A DNA stretch of 64,000 nt, from NCBI GenBank assembly GCA_007376385.1, contig VMGC01000005.1:119386-183385 (forward strand). The letters run 5' to 3'. Below, one piece after another: positions 37,556-48,474 of the stretch. A program made the position numbers and the translations under genes. Source of the stretch: Parcubacteria group bacterium Gr01-1014_8 (GTDB taxonomy: Bacteria; Patescibacteriota; Minisyncoccia; Phycocordibacterales; UBA2100). Position 1 is the stretch's first letter. Each line of letters begins with the position of its first letter. Below the pieces are notes generated by a model. It was not told the DNA's origin and did no database searches. It saw only the letters and a list, made by a program, of their open reading frames with translations.

Positions 37556-38127
37556 GCAGGCGCTCCGTTCACGTCTTTTTCCTCATCGTAGAGCTCTGTC
37601 GCCTTATCTATATAGAGGACGCCTTCTAGATGGTCGAGTTCATGCTGAAAGATGTGTGCTAGAAATCCGGATGCACCTCGTGTGAACCTTTCTCCCTTCT
37701 CGTTGTATGCGCGTACGCTTGCCTTTTCCGCGCGCGGCACGATGCCCCATTTCCCGCGTACGGAGAGACAGCCTTCGTGCTTGCCGGTCTTTCCGCGCGA
37801 CATCTTAACGAGTTCCGGGTTTATGTAGACAGCATCCTCAGGGGACAATCCGGAGAAGTCAGTATCGTCGGGCTCGCCTTCAGGTTTGTGAGCCTTTCGC
37901 TTTTTTTCAATAAGCGCTTTGCCGGCGACGACAAACAGACGAAGTGATTCGCCGACCTGCGGCGCTGCTATGGCGACTCCGTATTCTTCTTTAGAAAGGA
38001 GTGCTTTCATGTCAGCGATGAGAGATTGGATTTTTGTGCTTCGTATCTCATCAATAGGAATTATCTGCGCAGTCTCGCGCAGGATGGGGTCTCCTTTTTG
38101 CACAATAGTTCGCATCGTAGCCATCAT
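37552..38127 (-). CDS. def: peptide deformylase
   Basis: The motifs GVAIAAPQVG, EGCLSV and HELDHLEG. 4-nt overlap with fmt. Confidence 0.9.
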   Translation of the reverse strand: MMATMRTIVQKGDPILRETAQIIPIDEIRSTKIQSLIADMKALLSKEEYGVAIAAPQVGESLRLFVVAGKALIEKKRKAHKPEGEPDDTDFSGLSPEDAVYINPELVKMSRGKTGKHEGCLSVRGKWGIVPRAEKASVRAYNEKGERFTRGASGFLAHIFQHELDHLEGVLYIDKATELYDEEKDVNGAPA

Positions 38128-38340
38128 ACCGTGAGGCTATATTTATTCGAAGGCCGGTCTGGAGCGCGCGAAGCAATGCTGTGCGCTTGCACTCCGACCG
38201 GCCTTGCGCTCGCAAACACCCTCCCAGGGTTTGCGCGCGATCCACTATGAGAAAGTATATAGCCAATAAAGGGTATACATACCGGCGGGGCAAACCCCGC
38301 CATGAGGAACGCGCTTCGCGCATCCTCCCTAGCCGGCAAG

Positions 38341-38428
38341 CCGCGGGGTATTCGACCCTATGTTGGTTCCTCGGCTCGGAAATGAACATGAGTACACGTT
38401 CATTTCACTCGCAACGCTCGCCAATAAA
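38341..38428 (+). repeat. element of about 88 nt, copy 2
   Basis: CCGCGGGGTATTCGACCCTATGTTGGTTCCTCGGCTCGGAAATGAACATGAGTACACGTTCATTTCACTCGCAACGCTCGCCAATAAA. Confidence 0.55.
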
Positions 38429-38592
38429 CAGAGAACCATCGCAGAGCAGCAAGCGATGGTCCTCCCAGAGTCGCCCGTGGGGGCGCCACTGATCCGCTTG
38501 TCCCGGCGCGGGGGGCCGGGTGCGGAGTTCAATGTTCAAGACAGCCGGCATTCTACAATACATATGATTTTTGCGCACGTTATACTGCGGGT

Positions 38593-38868
38593 ATGAAGCA
38601 CATTGGGGCACATTTAAAGACGCGCAAGCATATTCTTCGCGAGACGGAGCGGGGGGAATTGATGAAATTCTTTTGCGAGCGCCTGAATTCGACGCGCCGG
38701 TTTGACGGTCTGCCTCGTATAACGATGGCCCGCATGGGGAAAATACTTGAAGGCATTCCGACAAAGGACCTCTATTATCTAAAGCGGGTTTGTAATGATG
38801 CTGGCAATTTCTCCAAAAAATTCTGGTGGGAGGTAAATCCAAAAAAGCATCCTGACGCTAAGATCTGA
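38593..38868 (+). CDS. hypothetical protein
   Basis: 91-aa ORF. Confidence 0.35.
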   Translation: MKHIGAHLKTRKHILRETERGELMKFFCERLNSTRRFDGLPRITMARMGKILEGIPTKDLYYLKRVCNDAGNFSKKFWWEVNPKKHPDAKI

Positions 38869-38879
38869 CCTCGATGCCT

Positions 38880-38919
38880 AAATACCTTAGTAGTGCCGGT
38901 CGGCACTACTAAGGTATTT
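38880..38919. repeat. palindromic hairpin repeat copy 3 (AAATACCTTAGTAGTGCCGGTCGGCACTACTAAGGTATTT)
   Basis: Perfect 18-bp stem with the same CCGGTCGG core. Confidence 0.6.
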
Positions 38920-39152
38920 AGTGATGCGGGGAGGGGGATGCACGAAAGTAGCCGGGAGCAAAGAGCAGGGAGGAAAAGCGCTCTTCACGTCACCGGCTAC
39001 CAGCCTGCGCAGCCTTCTTAGGGCGCGCAGTAACGTTGCTCGAACCTGGAGCTCAAGCAACGCGTTATCCATAGGCACAATACGTTTGTGTCCAAAGCGA
39101 GTCAACCATTTGCGGGAATGCCTTTCAAAGATACAATGCCACTCCAACCTCT

Positions 39153-40169
39153 ATGGCCTTTTCTTTCAGTCCAAAGCTCGGCATTGACCTCGGCACGACG
39201 ACCGTTCTCGTCTTTGTGCCGGGTAAGGGCATCGTATTGAACGAGCCGTCGGTCGTGGCTGTCTCCCAAGAAGAAAACCGCATTCTCGCGGTAGGAAACG
39301 ACGCGAAGGAAATGATAGGCCGAACCCCCGAATCTATCGTCGCGTATCGTCCTATGAAGGACGGCGTGATCGCCAACTACCGCGTAACCGAAGCAATGCT
39401 TCGCTATTTCATACGGAAGGCCCTCGGACGGTGGAATTTGTTCCGTCCCGAAGTAATGGTCAGCGTGCCAGCCGGGGTTTCTTCAACAGAGAGGCGCGCC
39501 GTCGTCGAGGCGGCGACAAAGGCGGGAGCGCGCCACGCATATGTGGTCAAAGAACCTATTCTTGCCGCGATAGGCGCTGGTATTCCTATCCACGAAGCGC
39601 GCGGACACATGATAGTGGACATCGGCGGAGGCACGACCGACGTTGCGGTTATCTCGCTCGGCGGTATCGTTGCGTCCACATCGGTAAAATGTGCGGGCAA
39701 TCGTATTGACCATGCGATAGCGGACTACGTGAAAAAAACATTCAATCTTTCAATTGGCGACAAAATGGCGGAGGAAATAAAAATTCACATCGGCTCTGCC
39801 GTTCCCGTTGATGAGGAATTGACGATGACGGTTAAAGGGCGGGACCATCTTACGGGACTTCCGCGTTCGATAGAACTCGGAACGAACGAAGTCGTACGTG
39901 CGGTGAGCCGTGAGCTTCGCATGATGGTTGGAGCAATTCGCGATGTGTTGCAGGAGACACCGCCAGAGCTCGCATCTGACATCATAGATAACGGCATTAC
40001 GATGACGGGAGGCTCTTCACAGCTTCGTAATCTGACGGAACTTGTATTTCGGCGCACAGGAGTGAAAGCGCGCGTAGCAAAAGATGCCCCATACTGCGTT
40101 GCAAAAGGCACTGGCGAAGCACTCAAACACTTGGACGTCTACAAAAAAGCGATTATCAGTAAACGATAA
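39153..40169 (+). CDS. mreB: rod shape-determining protein MreB (paralog 1, solitary)
   Basis: GIDLGTTTVLVFV, MIVDIGGGTTDVAVISLGG and the actin-fold phosphate loops. 338 aa. Confidence 0.9.
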   Translation: MAFSFSPKLGIDLGTTTVLVFVPGKGIVLNEPSVVAVSQEENRILAVGNDAKEMIGRTPESIVAYRPMKDGVIANYRVTEAMLRYFIRKALGRWNLFRPEVMVSVPAGVSSTERRAVVEAATKAGARHAYVVKEPILAAIGAGIPIHEARGHMIVDIGGGTTDVAVISLGGIVASTSVKCAGNRIDHAIADYVKKTFNLSIGDKMAEEIKIHIGSAVPVDEELTMTVKGRDHLTGLPRSIELGTNEVVRAVSRELRMMVGAIRDVLQETPPELASDIIDNGITMTGGSSQLRNLTELVFRRTGVKARVAKDAPYCVAKGTGEALKHLDVYKKAIISKR

Positions 40170-40300
40170 CGTTGTTGGAGTTTGATGTGGCTCGCCCAGT
40201 TAGAGGCGAAGCTCTCTGATGGGGACAAGAAAGCCATCATTAGCAAACGATAGGGTATCCTACAGGTAGCATCGTGCCCTTTTAGCGAGGGCTATTTGCG

Positions 40301-41686
40301 GTGTTGCCGATGGTCATAGATACAAAACCTTTGGAGGGAAGCCAGGAAGCGCAACTTCAGGCCGCGAAGGCCGTCTTCGACGTACTCGTCGCCAAATTCG
40401 AGCAGCCCGATCCGGAGGATCCGAATGCGGATCATTCGTTGCGCGACTTAGCCGTGCTGAATCCTTCCGACGAGAAGGAAAAATCTCCCGTCGAGAAGCG
40501 CCTATCGACAGAGTATGGTTACATGCCAGCAGAGATACAGTATGTCATTCGTAAGTTGTCCGAGATACGTGCGTTCGTCGATAATAATAAGAACTTCAGA
40601 ACAAAACAAAATCCTAATCCGGATGAGCGTGCGAAATTCTTGAAGGAATCTCTCTTTTTTACTGCGCACGCGGGATATTTGGATTCCGTCATCGCGCGGA
40701 AAAAGTATATTGATTTTCATGCCGAGCTAAGCAAGGACGTTAAGCTGCCGACAACGGAAGCTGAACGATTGCGGAAGGAGATATTCGAACATCTCGACAT
40801 GCTGAAGAGCGACCCGAAATTTCCGGAGGTGAGAATAATAGGTATCCGCGACAATGTAGAAGGTTATATGAAGTCGCTTGAGACGAAGGTGCTGGCTCCG
40901 GGTGTCAAAGACACGCATTCGTATCTTCGCGCGATACTGGGAATTACGACGCAGGCAGTGAATAGCCAGTTCAGCGTCGTAACCACGCCAGAACACGACA
41001 TCGCGACGAGAGCAGATGAAATAAAACATGAGGCTGCGCGTGGTCTTCTGGGAAGAGATACGAAAACAATACAGGCCGATATGGATGCGCAGATGGCAAA
41101 AGATGCCGTCATCGAAAAACTTCCGCTCGGCGTTCGAGTAGAAGGCGTCATGCCCGCAGACCCTGACATATCGTTCGTCATGGTACCTTCGCCATCGAGA
41201 CCAGCTGACTATGCGGTGTCATTTCCGGCAATCCCTCGCATTCGCGTGGCGAATGAACATCGATTGGCCAAGACGCCAGAAGGGCCGATAGAATTTCACA
41301 CGCACGTCACCAAACAAAATACTGTTGAAGAGATACGCGATGCTGCGTACGCGATCATGGAAAAAGAAGTCGGGCTCGTGAAGTTGTCCGCACAACCCGA
41401 GAAAATCGACCAAGGTGGCGATGATGCTTTTGCACGATTAGAGCAGCAGCTTGCGAATGCCTCGATGGTGCAAGTTCCGGACGTAGTGGGGGGAGAAACG
41501 TCTAGTGCCGCGCGTGCGGATGAGAATGCTCTCGATATTGATGAGCTGGAAACAAGATTGGCAAAGCAACTCGAGGAAGCAGTCGGCACATCAGCACCCA
41601 TTGATCGCGGTGACGGAGCCTTGCGGGTAGAAGATGTGGATACTGAAGAACTTATTCGGCGTTTGGACGCTATTATGCAACCATGA
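40301..41686 (+). CDS. hypothetical protein (gene A of the uncharacterised 10-gene block)
   Basis: 461 aa. No motif recognised. 4-nt overlap with the next gene. Confidence 0.45.
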   Translation: MLPMVIDTKPLEGSQEAQLQAAKAVFDVLVAKFEQPDPEDPNADHSLRDLAVLNPSDEKEKSPVEKRLSTEYGYMPAEIQYVIRKLSEIRAFVDNNKNFRTKQNPNPDERAKFLKESLFFTAHAGYLDSVIARKKYIDFHAELSKDVKLPTTEAERLRKEIFEHLDMLKSDPKFPEVRIIGIRDNVEGYMKSLETKVLAPGVKDTHSYLRAILGITTQAVNSQFSVVTTPEHDIATRADEIKHEAARGLLGRDTKTIQADMDAQMAKDAVIEKLPLGVRVEGVMPADPDISFVMVPSPSRPADYAVSFPAIPRIRVANEHRLAKTPEGPIEFHTHVTKQNTVEEIRDAAYAIMEKEVGLVKLSAQPEKIDQGGDDAFARLEQQLANASMVQVPDVVGGETSSAARADENALDIDELETRLAKQLEEAVGTSAPIDRGDGALRVEDVDTEELIRRLDAIMQP

Positions 41687-43785
41687 CCGACATTGGGGGT
41701 ATCAAGCCACCTTTGAAAGAACCAGAAACGCTCGATGATGTGATAGAGCTTGGTAAACCTCTGCGGACTGCGCTTACAGAGATTCTTCGGCGTGAACATG
41801 AGAATCGTTCGCTACCGGATGACGTAAAACGAAAAGCGGAAATAACCGAGGAAATTCGCAAATTAGCCGCGCATAAGGCACGGATCGTTTCCGCGATACC
41901 CACGGAAGAGCCCGCAGACGCAGAAACGGTCGAAACTGATCCACGGCCAGCTGAATCTGCCGGAGCAGCATTTGACCAACAAAAATTTAGAGATGCGGGA
42001 GAAGCATTCAAGCTCGTCGCCAGCGGACTGCATTTTTTTGTTGAACGAAATCTTGGGATGCCGGGTGTGCCCGTTGATGAGTCTCTCGCATCTGCGCTCG
42101 CAAATCCCAGAGGTGAGATTCTTGCAAAAATGAATGCTTTGGGATTGGGCAAGTCTGAGAGTAAACAAGATATGGACACAGTGGGGTTTGCTGCGGTCGC
42201 ATTTGGGCAAGCCCTCGCTATTTTTGGCGGGGACGATGCGCACATATCTGCGGAGCAAATGAAAAGTTTGGAATTAATGAAATTGCCGGAGCGGCTGCAA
42301 CGGCTTGCGAGCGCAATGGGAGTGATTCTCAATAAATATCCGCCTGTTGAGACCCCTGCACCCCAGCGTCCGGAAGCTGTGCCTCCTGTGGCGGCTCCTA
42401 ATATTCAGGATACAGCCGCTGCAGAAGCGTTGGAAGCTCTGAAAGCAGGTCTCGGACCCGCCGCGTCCGCCGCGGATACCCCGTCAAAGAATGGAGATGC
42501 AGCCGGGGGAGGCAGGGGAAGAAGAAAACGTCGAGGAAAAGGCGGAAACGCTCCGCCTGTTGGACCAGAAGCTCGTCCTCCAACAGATGCTCCAGAAAGA
42601 ATCGTTGAACCCGCGCCTGCGGCGAAGCCCAGGAAAGCGGAGCGAAAAGATGGGATAGTTGATGTCGGTCTGAAAAGAGCGGGAGCAGCAATTGCCGGTG
42701 GCTATAGAGGTGTTCAATCATGGCGCGAAACACGGCGGCAAGAAAATGAAGACAAATTATTGCAATCAGACGTTGACGCCAACACCCGTGCCAAATTCAA
42801 TGAACTCCAGAATCTTACAGATAAACACGGTAAGCTCACGTGGTCCGAGGCGGAAATGCGTAATCTGATGCTTGCTGTCGCGAAGATGGGTGAGTTGAAG
42901 CCAGAGGATTGGTGGAAATATCGGCCGTCGCTCTCGGGAGACGAAGCGCGCGCCTTACGCAGAGCACAACTACACTTCAGGAGAATCGACGTGAAGGCAG
43001 CTCGAAAGTTACGAAGTGAAGCTGATACGAAACGGAGAGCAGCAGAAGCTGCAGAATCGAAACGGCTGGAAGATATCGCGGCTCAAAAAAGAAACGTCGA
43101 CCGAATGAACCGGCGGGCTGAGAAAGGGAAGGGAAAATTGTCCCCCGAGGAGGTCGTAGCACTTGGGCAGGCGTGGAAAAGTAGAAAGAAACTTGCCGAT
43201 GGAAGCACATTCACTGAAACAGATGCGCTGAAGTATATGGCCTTGTTCGGAGGTCTATTGGGAAAAGCGGCCGACACGATCATACTCACGGCTGAGAAAC
43301 AAAAAATAATTGACCGTGCTGCTGAAGTGCTATTTCCATTGTGGGAAAAGGAGCGGATTGAAAGACGAGATAAAAGACGCGCTGCGGTCGCCGACGTCGC
43401 TCGCCGAAGCATGGCAGCAACCCGCAGTGGTTTAAGAGGTGCGGTGACCGGAGCGAATACACGGGTTCGAGAACGATGGACCAAGCGACAGGAACGTCAA
43501 CGCGCGGAAGCCGCTAAAAAAACGGCACCGGCTGTAGAAACACCGCTCGCAGTATCTCCTGAAACGGGCAAAGCAGATCTGACGCCTGTCGAGCGCAATG
43601 TTCTTGAAGGGCTGGTCATCGGTGGCAATGTTAAAAGGGCTGACGCGGACGTATTTCTCGCAGTATGGGGTCGCCCCGGCAATAAGGGTGCACCGCAAAG
43701 TGATGTCGAGCGTGCAGCTTTTGATACGGTCAATAAAGCACTTGAGCCTCATCGCAGATACGTGCAGTCGACTCTTACGGCCTAG
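41683..43785 (+). CDS. hypothetical protein, highly charged with a disordered Gly/Arg/Lys/Pro-rich region (gene B)
   Basis: 700 aa. The low-complexity segment GGGRGRRKRRGKGGNAPPVGPEARPP and Lys/Arg/Glu-rich helical stretches. Confidence 0.45.
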   Translation: MTDIGGIKPPLKEPETLDDVIELGKPLRTALTEILRREHENRSLPDDVKRKAEITEEIRKLAAHKARIVSAIPTEEPADAETVETDPRPAESAGAAFDQQKFRDAGEAFKLVASGLHFFVERNLGMPGVPVDESLASALANPRGEILAKMNALGLGKSESKQDMDTVGFAAVAFGQALAIFGGDDAHISAEQMKSLELMKLPERLQRLASAMGVILNKYPPVETPAPQRPEAVPPVAAPNIQDTAAAEALEALKAGLGPAASAADTPSKNGDAAGGGRGRRKRRGKGGNAPPVGPEARPPTDAPERIVEPAPAAKPRKAERKDGIVDVGLKRAGAAIAGGYRGVQSWRETRRQENEDKLLQSDVDANTRAKFNELQNLTDKHGKLTWSEAEMRNLMLAVAKMGELKPEDWWKYRPSLSGDEARALRRAQLHFRRIDVKAARKLRSEADTKRRAAEAAESKRLEDIAAQKRNVDRMNRRAEKGKGKLSPEEVVALGQAWKSRKKLADGSTFTETDALKYMALFGGLLGKAADTIILTAEKQKIIDRAAEVLFPLWEKERIERRDKRRAAVADVARRSMAATRSGLRGAVTGANTRVRERWTKRQERQRAEAAKKTAPAVETPLAVSPETGKADLTPVERNVLEGLVIGGNVKRADADVFLAVWGRPGNKGAPQSDVERAAFDTVNKALEPHRRYVQSTLTA

Positions 43786-43849
43786 ACATATCCACTGCCA
43801 CCTCGACCTCTGCCACCTGAGGTTTGTTTAGTTGTTATTATGAGAGTTC

Positions 43850-45091
43850 ATGACGGACCTGTCCGATGCGCAACGACGGAATGAGCCTATCGTGGAGCTG
43901 GCAAATGCTCCGACCAAAGACATCCGTAATGAAGCGATTTTGATGGCAGTCCAGCGGTCAGGGCATCCACCGGCGAGTTTCGTTGAGATACGCGGCCATA
44001 TTACAAATGCGGCCGAAATGAAGCGTGTGGAACAAACCACTCGCCTTACATCAGGAACAAGTATTCGGCTTGGCGCTATCGTAAACGACGCTACGACTAT
44101 CATTAAGAATGCCCAAAATACGGTGAGAGGAAGACTGCTTCGTGCGTGGGCAAGAGAGATTGCAGAGAGAGCGGGGCCCATCGTAATGTCAAATCGGTTG
44201 AACGATGACATCACAAATGAAGTGTACGCGGCGCTTACAAGCGCTAATCCGCTGCAGACATTGCAAGCTTTTCGCACCAACCCGAATAGCAATGGACTGC
44301 GAAGAGTGTTGGACCCTCGTTGGCAAGCAATAGTAAAGGGCGTCCAACAGTATGAGCCGCGGACCGCGAAAAATTCTATAACGGATAACGGCGAAATTCT
44401 GCAGATCATCCAAAGTTGGCGCACGGCCGGCATACCGATCGGCGGGGTTCACGCGGACCCGTTGCTCGCAACCCTTCCCCGTGATGAGGATAGAGTGCGC
44501 GCAAAAGCGCTGATAAAAGGGAATCAATATCTTGCCAATCTGAAGCCAGAGGATCTCGGCAAGTTATCCGACTCACAGAGGAGTCTTTTGGCTGAATACA
44601 AAGGCTCTTCGACAAGGCGAAAGGGGCAGCTTCGCGGACAATTTGCCGGAATTGCCGCCATCGAAGCAACGGCTGAAGGACGACCTTACGGAAGAGCGGA
44701 AAAAGCACGGGCGAGAGGGGCGGAAGCAGAAAGTGCTGAATTCCTTGCATTGCTTCACTCTGGATATTCCGATGCATCTCCGCCGATACCTGGACTAACG
44801 CAGCCCGAATATGATTGGTATTTGCAGAACAGAGGTGCGCGCGTTCGTGGTCTCTCTGCACGCGCTCCAGCCGGTACGACTGGTCGTTCTATAATGGCGA
44901 AAGTTCAGGCGATCCGTACCGAGCAGGTCAGACGGTCAACACCCCACGCATCGCCTGAATCACCAGCGCGCAGAACAGCTCCCGTAGAGCAACGGGTACC
45001 TGAAGCATCTGCTGCCGGTGCGGACAACTTAAGTAAGCAGGTTGATGCTGAGATCGCAGAGATGCTTAGAAAGTATGGTGGCGCGCAGTAA
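43850..45091 (+). CDS. hypothetical protein (gene C)
   Basis: 413-aa ORF. Confidence 0.45.
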   Translation: MTDLSDAQRRNEPIVELANAPTKDIRNEAILMAVQRSGHPPASFVEIRGHITNAAEMKRVEQTTRLTSGTSIRLGAIVNDATTIIKNAQNTVRGRLLRAWAREIAERAGPIVMSNRLNDDITNEVYAALTSANPLQTLQAFRTNPNSNGLRRVLDPRWQAIVKGVQQYEPRTAKNSITDNGEILQIIQSWRTAGIPIGGVHADPLLATLPRDEDRVRAKALIKGNQYLANLKPEDLGKLSDSQRSLLAEYKGSSTRRKGQLRGQFAGIAAIEATAEGRPYGRAEKARARGAEAESAEFLALLHSGYSDASPPIPGLTQPEYDWYLQNRGARVRGLSARAPAGTTGRSIMAKVQAIRTEQVRRSTPHASPESPARRTAPVEQRVPEASAAGADNLSKQVDAEIAEMLRKYGGAQ

Positions 45092-45111
45092 CCCAGTAGA
45101 AAATATTTGAT

Positions 45112-45912
45112 ATGATTGACCGTAATGCTTTACCAAATGGGATACGAAAACTTGCTATGAGCCTGGATAGACTAGGACCAGCCGGAGGTACACCAGAAGG
45201 GCCGGAGCGAGCGAATCATGAGCTCGAGAAATTCATGCAGCATCTGGCGCTGAAAGAGGGCATCAACGTCAATGACATGCGGCATTACCGCAATAAAGGT
45301 ATGCGGCGCGGCTTTGCCCACGTTCGCGAGACAGGATGGGATGTGGCAAAGTATTTTGTCGGCGGTATAGCGGCTCAACTTATACATAAGCTCGCTGGTA
45401 ATGTAATTGGGGGAATGAACAGTGCCGGTGCAAAAATACCAAAGTTCGTACAAACCGCTTCATTTTTTATACCAGCAATTGCGCTAAGGCGTTACTCCGG
45501 TTTGGTCAATGAGAATCGAGCTGTGCTCGATGCGGCACGAGTGGTGGATAGGGTATGGAAGGACCCAGTTGCCCGTCAGCAGCTCATTGATGCCGTGAGA
45601 GATAATAATACGGGAGAGTTAGATCGTCTCCAAAAAGATAAGGACCACGGTCCAGTGTTTAAAACGATCCGAAAATGGTTGCCACGAACTCTTGCTGGGC
45701 TCTCGGGTATCGGAGTAGCAGCTTCAGGTTATGAAGGACTTGCTTCATTTATCACTACGCTTTACTTGCGACCAGATCTGATGCCTGCCGCGCTCGCCAA
45801 TCTTCCCGTGAAGGGTGTTTCAGAGGTTGGGAAAATGGGTGTGGAGATAGGCGGTCATTTGAAAGATGGAGCCATGGGAATCTGGGGATTCATTTCAAAA
45901 TTTATTAGATAA
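45112..45912 (+). CDS. hypothetical protein with hydrophobic segments (gene D)
   Basis: 266 aa. Two hydrophobic stretches (FFIPAIALRRY…, LAGLSGIGVAASGYEGLASFITTLYL). Confidence 0.45.
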   Translation: MIDRNALPNGIRKLAMSLDRLGPAGGTPEGPERANHELEKFMQHLALKEGINVNDMRHYRNKGMRRGFAHVRETGWDVAKYFVGGIAAQLIHKLAGNVIGGMNSAGAKIPKFVQTASFFIPAIALRRYSGLVNENRAVLDAARVVDRVWKDPVARQQLIDAVRDNNTGELDRLQKDKDHGPVFKTIRKWLPRTLAGLSGIGVAASGYEGLASFITTLYLRPDLMPAALANLPVKGVSEVGKMGVEIGGHLKDGAMGIWGFISKFIR

Positions 45913-45993
45913 CATCTGACTATTATTCAAGAGTGCAATAAAATCGGTGCTATGATGAGGGGCAATGCATCGCACGCGGTGTTTTCATAAAAA

Positions 45994-46377
45994 GTGCATA
46001 TGACAAACAATAAACAGACTTGGGATGAATTTCGGACGATGATTGCGACTGAACTTGGTATTCAGAGCCTTCCGGCGGAAAAACAGGTAGAAATCATTGA
46101 AGAAATTGGTGAGGCTCTGATGGACAGAGTAATTCTTGCCGTGTGGAAAAAAGTCCCGCCGCAAGAACTAGCAAAGATGGCAGAAAAAGCCAAGCGTGAG
46201 GATGATGAAACTGGTTCCGACCCGCGTCGCGCGCTGGAATTCTTACAGCAATATGAACAGTACATTCCAAATTTTGCACAGTTTCTGGATAGCGAAATAC
46301 GCGCAGGGCTTCAAGCGTATCGAGCATTCATGCTCGGTGCGGGCGCCACTCAAACTTCTTCGAAAAAAGCGGCCTAA
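45994..46377 (+). CDS. small helical protein, paralog E1 (divergent member of the E family)
   Basis: 127 aa. Shares the pattern (LG/IGE-L--RV-L-----P-E......Y-P......EIRAG) with E2 and E3. Confidence 0.45.
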   Translation: MHMTNNKQTWDEFRTMIATELGIQSLPAEKQVEIIEEIGEALMDRVILAVWKKVPPQELAKMAEKAKREDDETGSDPRRALEFLQQYEQYIPNFAQFLDSEIRAGLQAYRAFMLGAGATQTSSKKAA

Positions 46378-46392
46378 TGTGGGTCACGTCGT

Positions 46393-48081
46393 ATGATTCG
46401 ACTGTGGCCTCGAGGTGCAGAAAGTGCGACGGCAGCTCCGGAGATGAGTGCGCCTCTTCGCGAACTGAGTAATGTTCTGCAGAGGGGTCGCGGCGGGTCG
46501 CTCGCTGATGCGGCAAGAAATATTGAGAACCGAGCGAGGAATATTTCCAACGTGCAAGGCCCCGAAGCGGAGCAGCTATTGCGAGATAATAATTTGCTTC
46601 GATTGAGAGCTCTTCAGCAAGAGAATCGACTCAATCCGGGGCGTGCGGCGCACATTCAACAGGAAATAAGAGAGATAAATCAAGAAATGGCTGGGTTGAC
46701 GGGAATCGCAGCGACGCCCGCGGGCTCACCCGCGATTGATAATGTCGCCGCAGGACATTCAGACCCGACCGTGCAAGCGCTTGGCGCTCAAATGTCTCGT
46801 ATCGAAGCGATGCTTCGCGGAATGCCGGGCGGCGCAGTCGGAGGAACCGGGATGCACCCCATGTGGATGGCGCATCCGATGTGGTCTGTAGGGGGATACG
46901 GTGGCGCTCCTGGCGGCGGGAGGCCGTATCAACTAGGCGATATCGGGCCTGATGGCACGCCTATTGTTGCGGCTGGAAATGCGCTAAACGAGCAAAGAAT
47001 TCGAGAGATATTTGCAGAAGAGCTGGCGAAACATAAGGCTGCGACCGATGCGCAATTGCAGGCGCAGAATGGAGATCCGAATATCAAACACATCAGTGAA
47101 GGGCTTCAGAAGATCGGAAAGGGTCGATGGTTCCGCGCTGCGTTAGTTGCGGCGGGCATAGCGGGAACAACCGCGATACTTACCGGTTCAGGCGGTTTTG
47201 CAGCACCTGTTGTGCCGTATCTCATGAACGCGTTGCTTGCGTGGGGTGCCTCCAGTACCGTTGCCACTGTAGGAACAGGCGCTGCGGTGGGCGCAGGTGT
47301 GTTCACGCCGCTTTGGGCAATGCGCGGAGTTGGACGCACGATCAAGGCTGATCGAGCTCTGCGAAGAGAATATGGTAACAACATATATGTCTCGGGGAAA
47401 CTGCGTCAGATGTTATTTAAGGAACCGTTTAAGGGCGCACTTCTTGGCGGAGTCATTGGTGCGTTGCTTGGGTATCCGTATCCCGGGGGCAAGACGGGCG
47501 CGGAGTACGTTAAGGGGGGCGCACTAAACGTATGGAAAGATCCTTGGACCCTCTGGACTACGCCAAAGGGCTGGCTCTCGTGGTTATGGTCAAACATTCC
47601 GTGGCCAACCTCTTCTCCCGACTGTCTGCGCTGTTCACCTGGGATACACTTTTCAGCTCTTACTGAGCAACTTAATTTTATTTCTCCCGCCGTCGCTGCA
47701 GAAGCCGCGACAGCAGCCGCGCCAGCTTCTTCATGGCCGGTTTCTCTTGGTTCAGTCGGATTGGGAGCTGCAGGAGGCATGGCTCTCAATAGATTAACTA
47801 CGCCGAAAGCTGCCGCGCTCGATGCCGGAGCAGAAGCAGTGAAATTTACGCCAGAGGCTGTCTGGAAAGATGCGAAGCTAACGCCTGCACAAAAAAATAC
47901 GTTGACAGGATTCGCGAATACGATCATGCCCGGCGAAACGGACATGCGAAAGATAGTAGAAAAAGTCAGCAATCGCGACTTGGGTTCGGATCTGCTGCTC
48001 GCTATCTCAAGGTCCGGATGGTCTCCGCCCGAAATGGAACAAGCGATGATACCCCTGAGGAAACTGCGCAATCCACTTTGA
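46393..48081 (+). CDS. hypothetical membrane-associated protein F1 (coiled-coil N-terminus, Met/Trp-rich segment, Gly-rich hydrophobic helices)
   Basis: 562 aa. GMHPMWMAHPMWSVGGYGG. TM-like RAALVAAGIAGTTAILTGSGGFAAPVVPYLMNALLAWGASSTVATVGTGAAVGAGVF. Confidence 0.45.
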   Translation: MIRLWPRGAESATAAPEMSAPLRELSNVLQRGRGGSLADAARNIENRARNISNVQGPEAEQLLRDNNLLRLRALQQENRLNPGRAAHIQQEIREINQEMAGLTGIAATPAGSPAIDNVAAGHSDPTVQALGAQMSRIEAMLRGMPGGAVGGTGMHPMWMAHPMWSVGGYGGAPGGGRPYQLGDIGPDGTPIVAAGNALNEQRIREIFAEELAKHKAATDAQLQAQNGDPNIKHISEGLQKIGKGRWFRAALVAAGIAGTTAILTGSGGFAAPVVPYLMNALLAWGASSTVATVGTGAAVGAGVFTPLWAMRGVGRTIKADRALRREYGNNIYVSGKLRQMLFKEPFKGALLGGVIGALLGYPYPGGKTGAEYVKGGALNVWKDPWTLWTTPKGWLSWLWSNIPWPTSSPDCLRCSPGIHFSALTEQLNFISPAVAAEAATAAAPASSWPVSLGSVGLGAAGGMALNRLTTPKAAALDAGAEAVKFTPEAVWKDAKLTPAQKNTLTGFANTIMPGETDMRKIVEKVSNRDLGSDLLLAISRSGWSPPEMEQAMIPLRKLRNPL

Positions 48082-48121
48082 TATGCAGGGAAATCAATAT
48101 TAACAGTTATACTTAACACAT

Positions 48122-48469
48122 ATGGACCCACAGCAATTAATGGCACAGGGGAGAGAGATGCTCGTGAAGGAGCTGAACCTTGCGCATTTGACGGAAGAGG
48201 AACAGGACCAGATACTCGACGGGCTCGGGGAGGTGTTGCTCCGCCGCGTACTTTTGAAGATGTTGGAACTAATGCCAGAGAGCGAGCGGGAGAATTTTGG
48301 TAAATTATTTGCCGCGCAAGACGCTGAAGGTATGCAAGCGGTCGTCGTAAAGTACATTCCGAACGCGAACGACGTCATCAAGGCAGAACTTCGCGCGGGA
48401 ATCGACGAACATAAGCGATTGGTTGGAGAAGCCGTCGCGAGAGATGCAGCAAGCGCACCGACTCCATAA
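48122..48469 (+). CDS. small helical protein, paralog E2
   Basis: 115 aa. About 65 percent identity by eye to E3 (PQQLM-QGR-ML--ELNL-HL…ILD-LGEVLL-RVLLK…NFGKLFA-QDA-GMQAVV-KY-P…AELRAGIDEHKRLV). Confidence 0.5.
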   Translation: MDPQQLMAQGREMLVKELNLAHLTEEEQDQILDGLGEVLLRRVLLKMLELMPESERENFGKLFAAQDAEGMQAVVVKYIPNANDVIKAELRAGIDEHKRLVGEAVARDAASAPTP

Positions 48470-48474
48470 GAAAC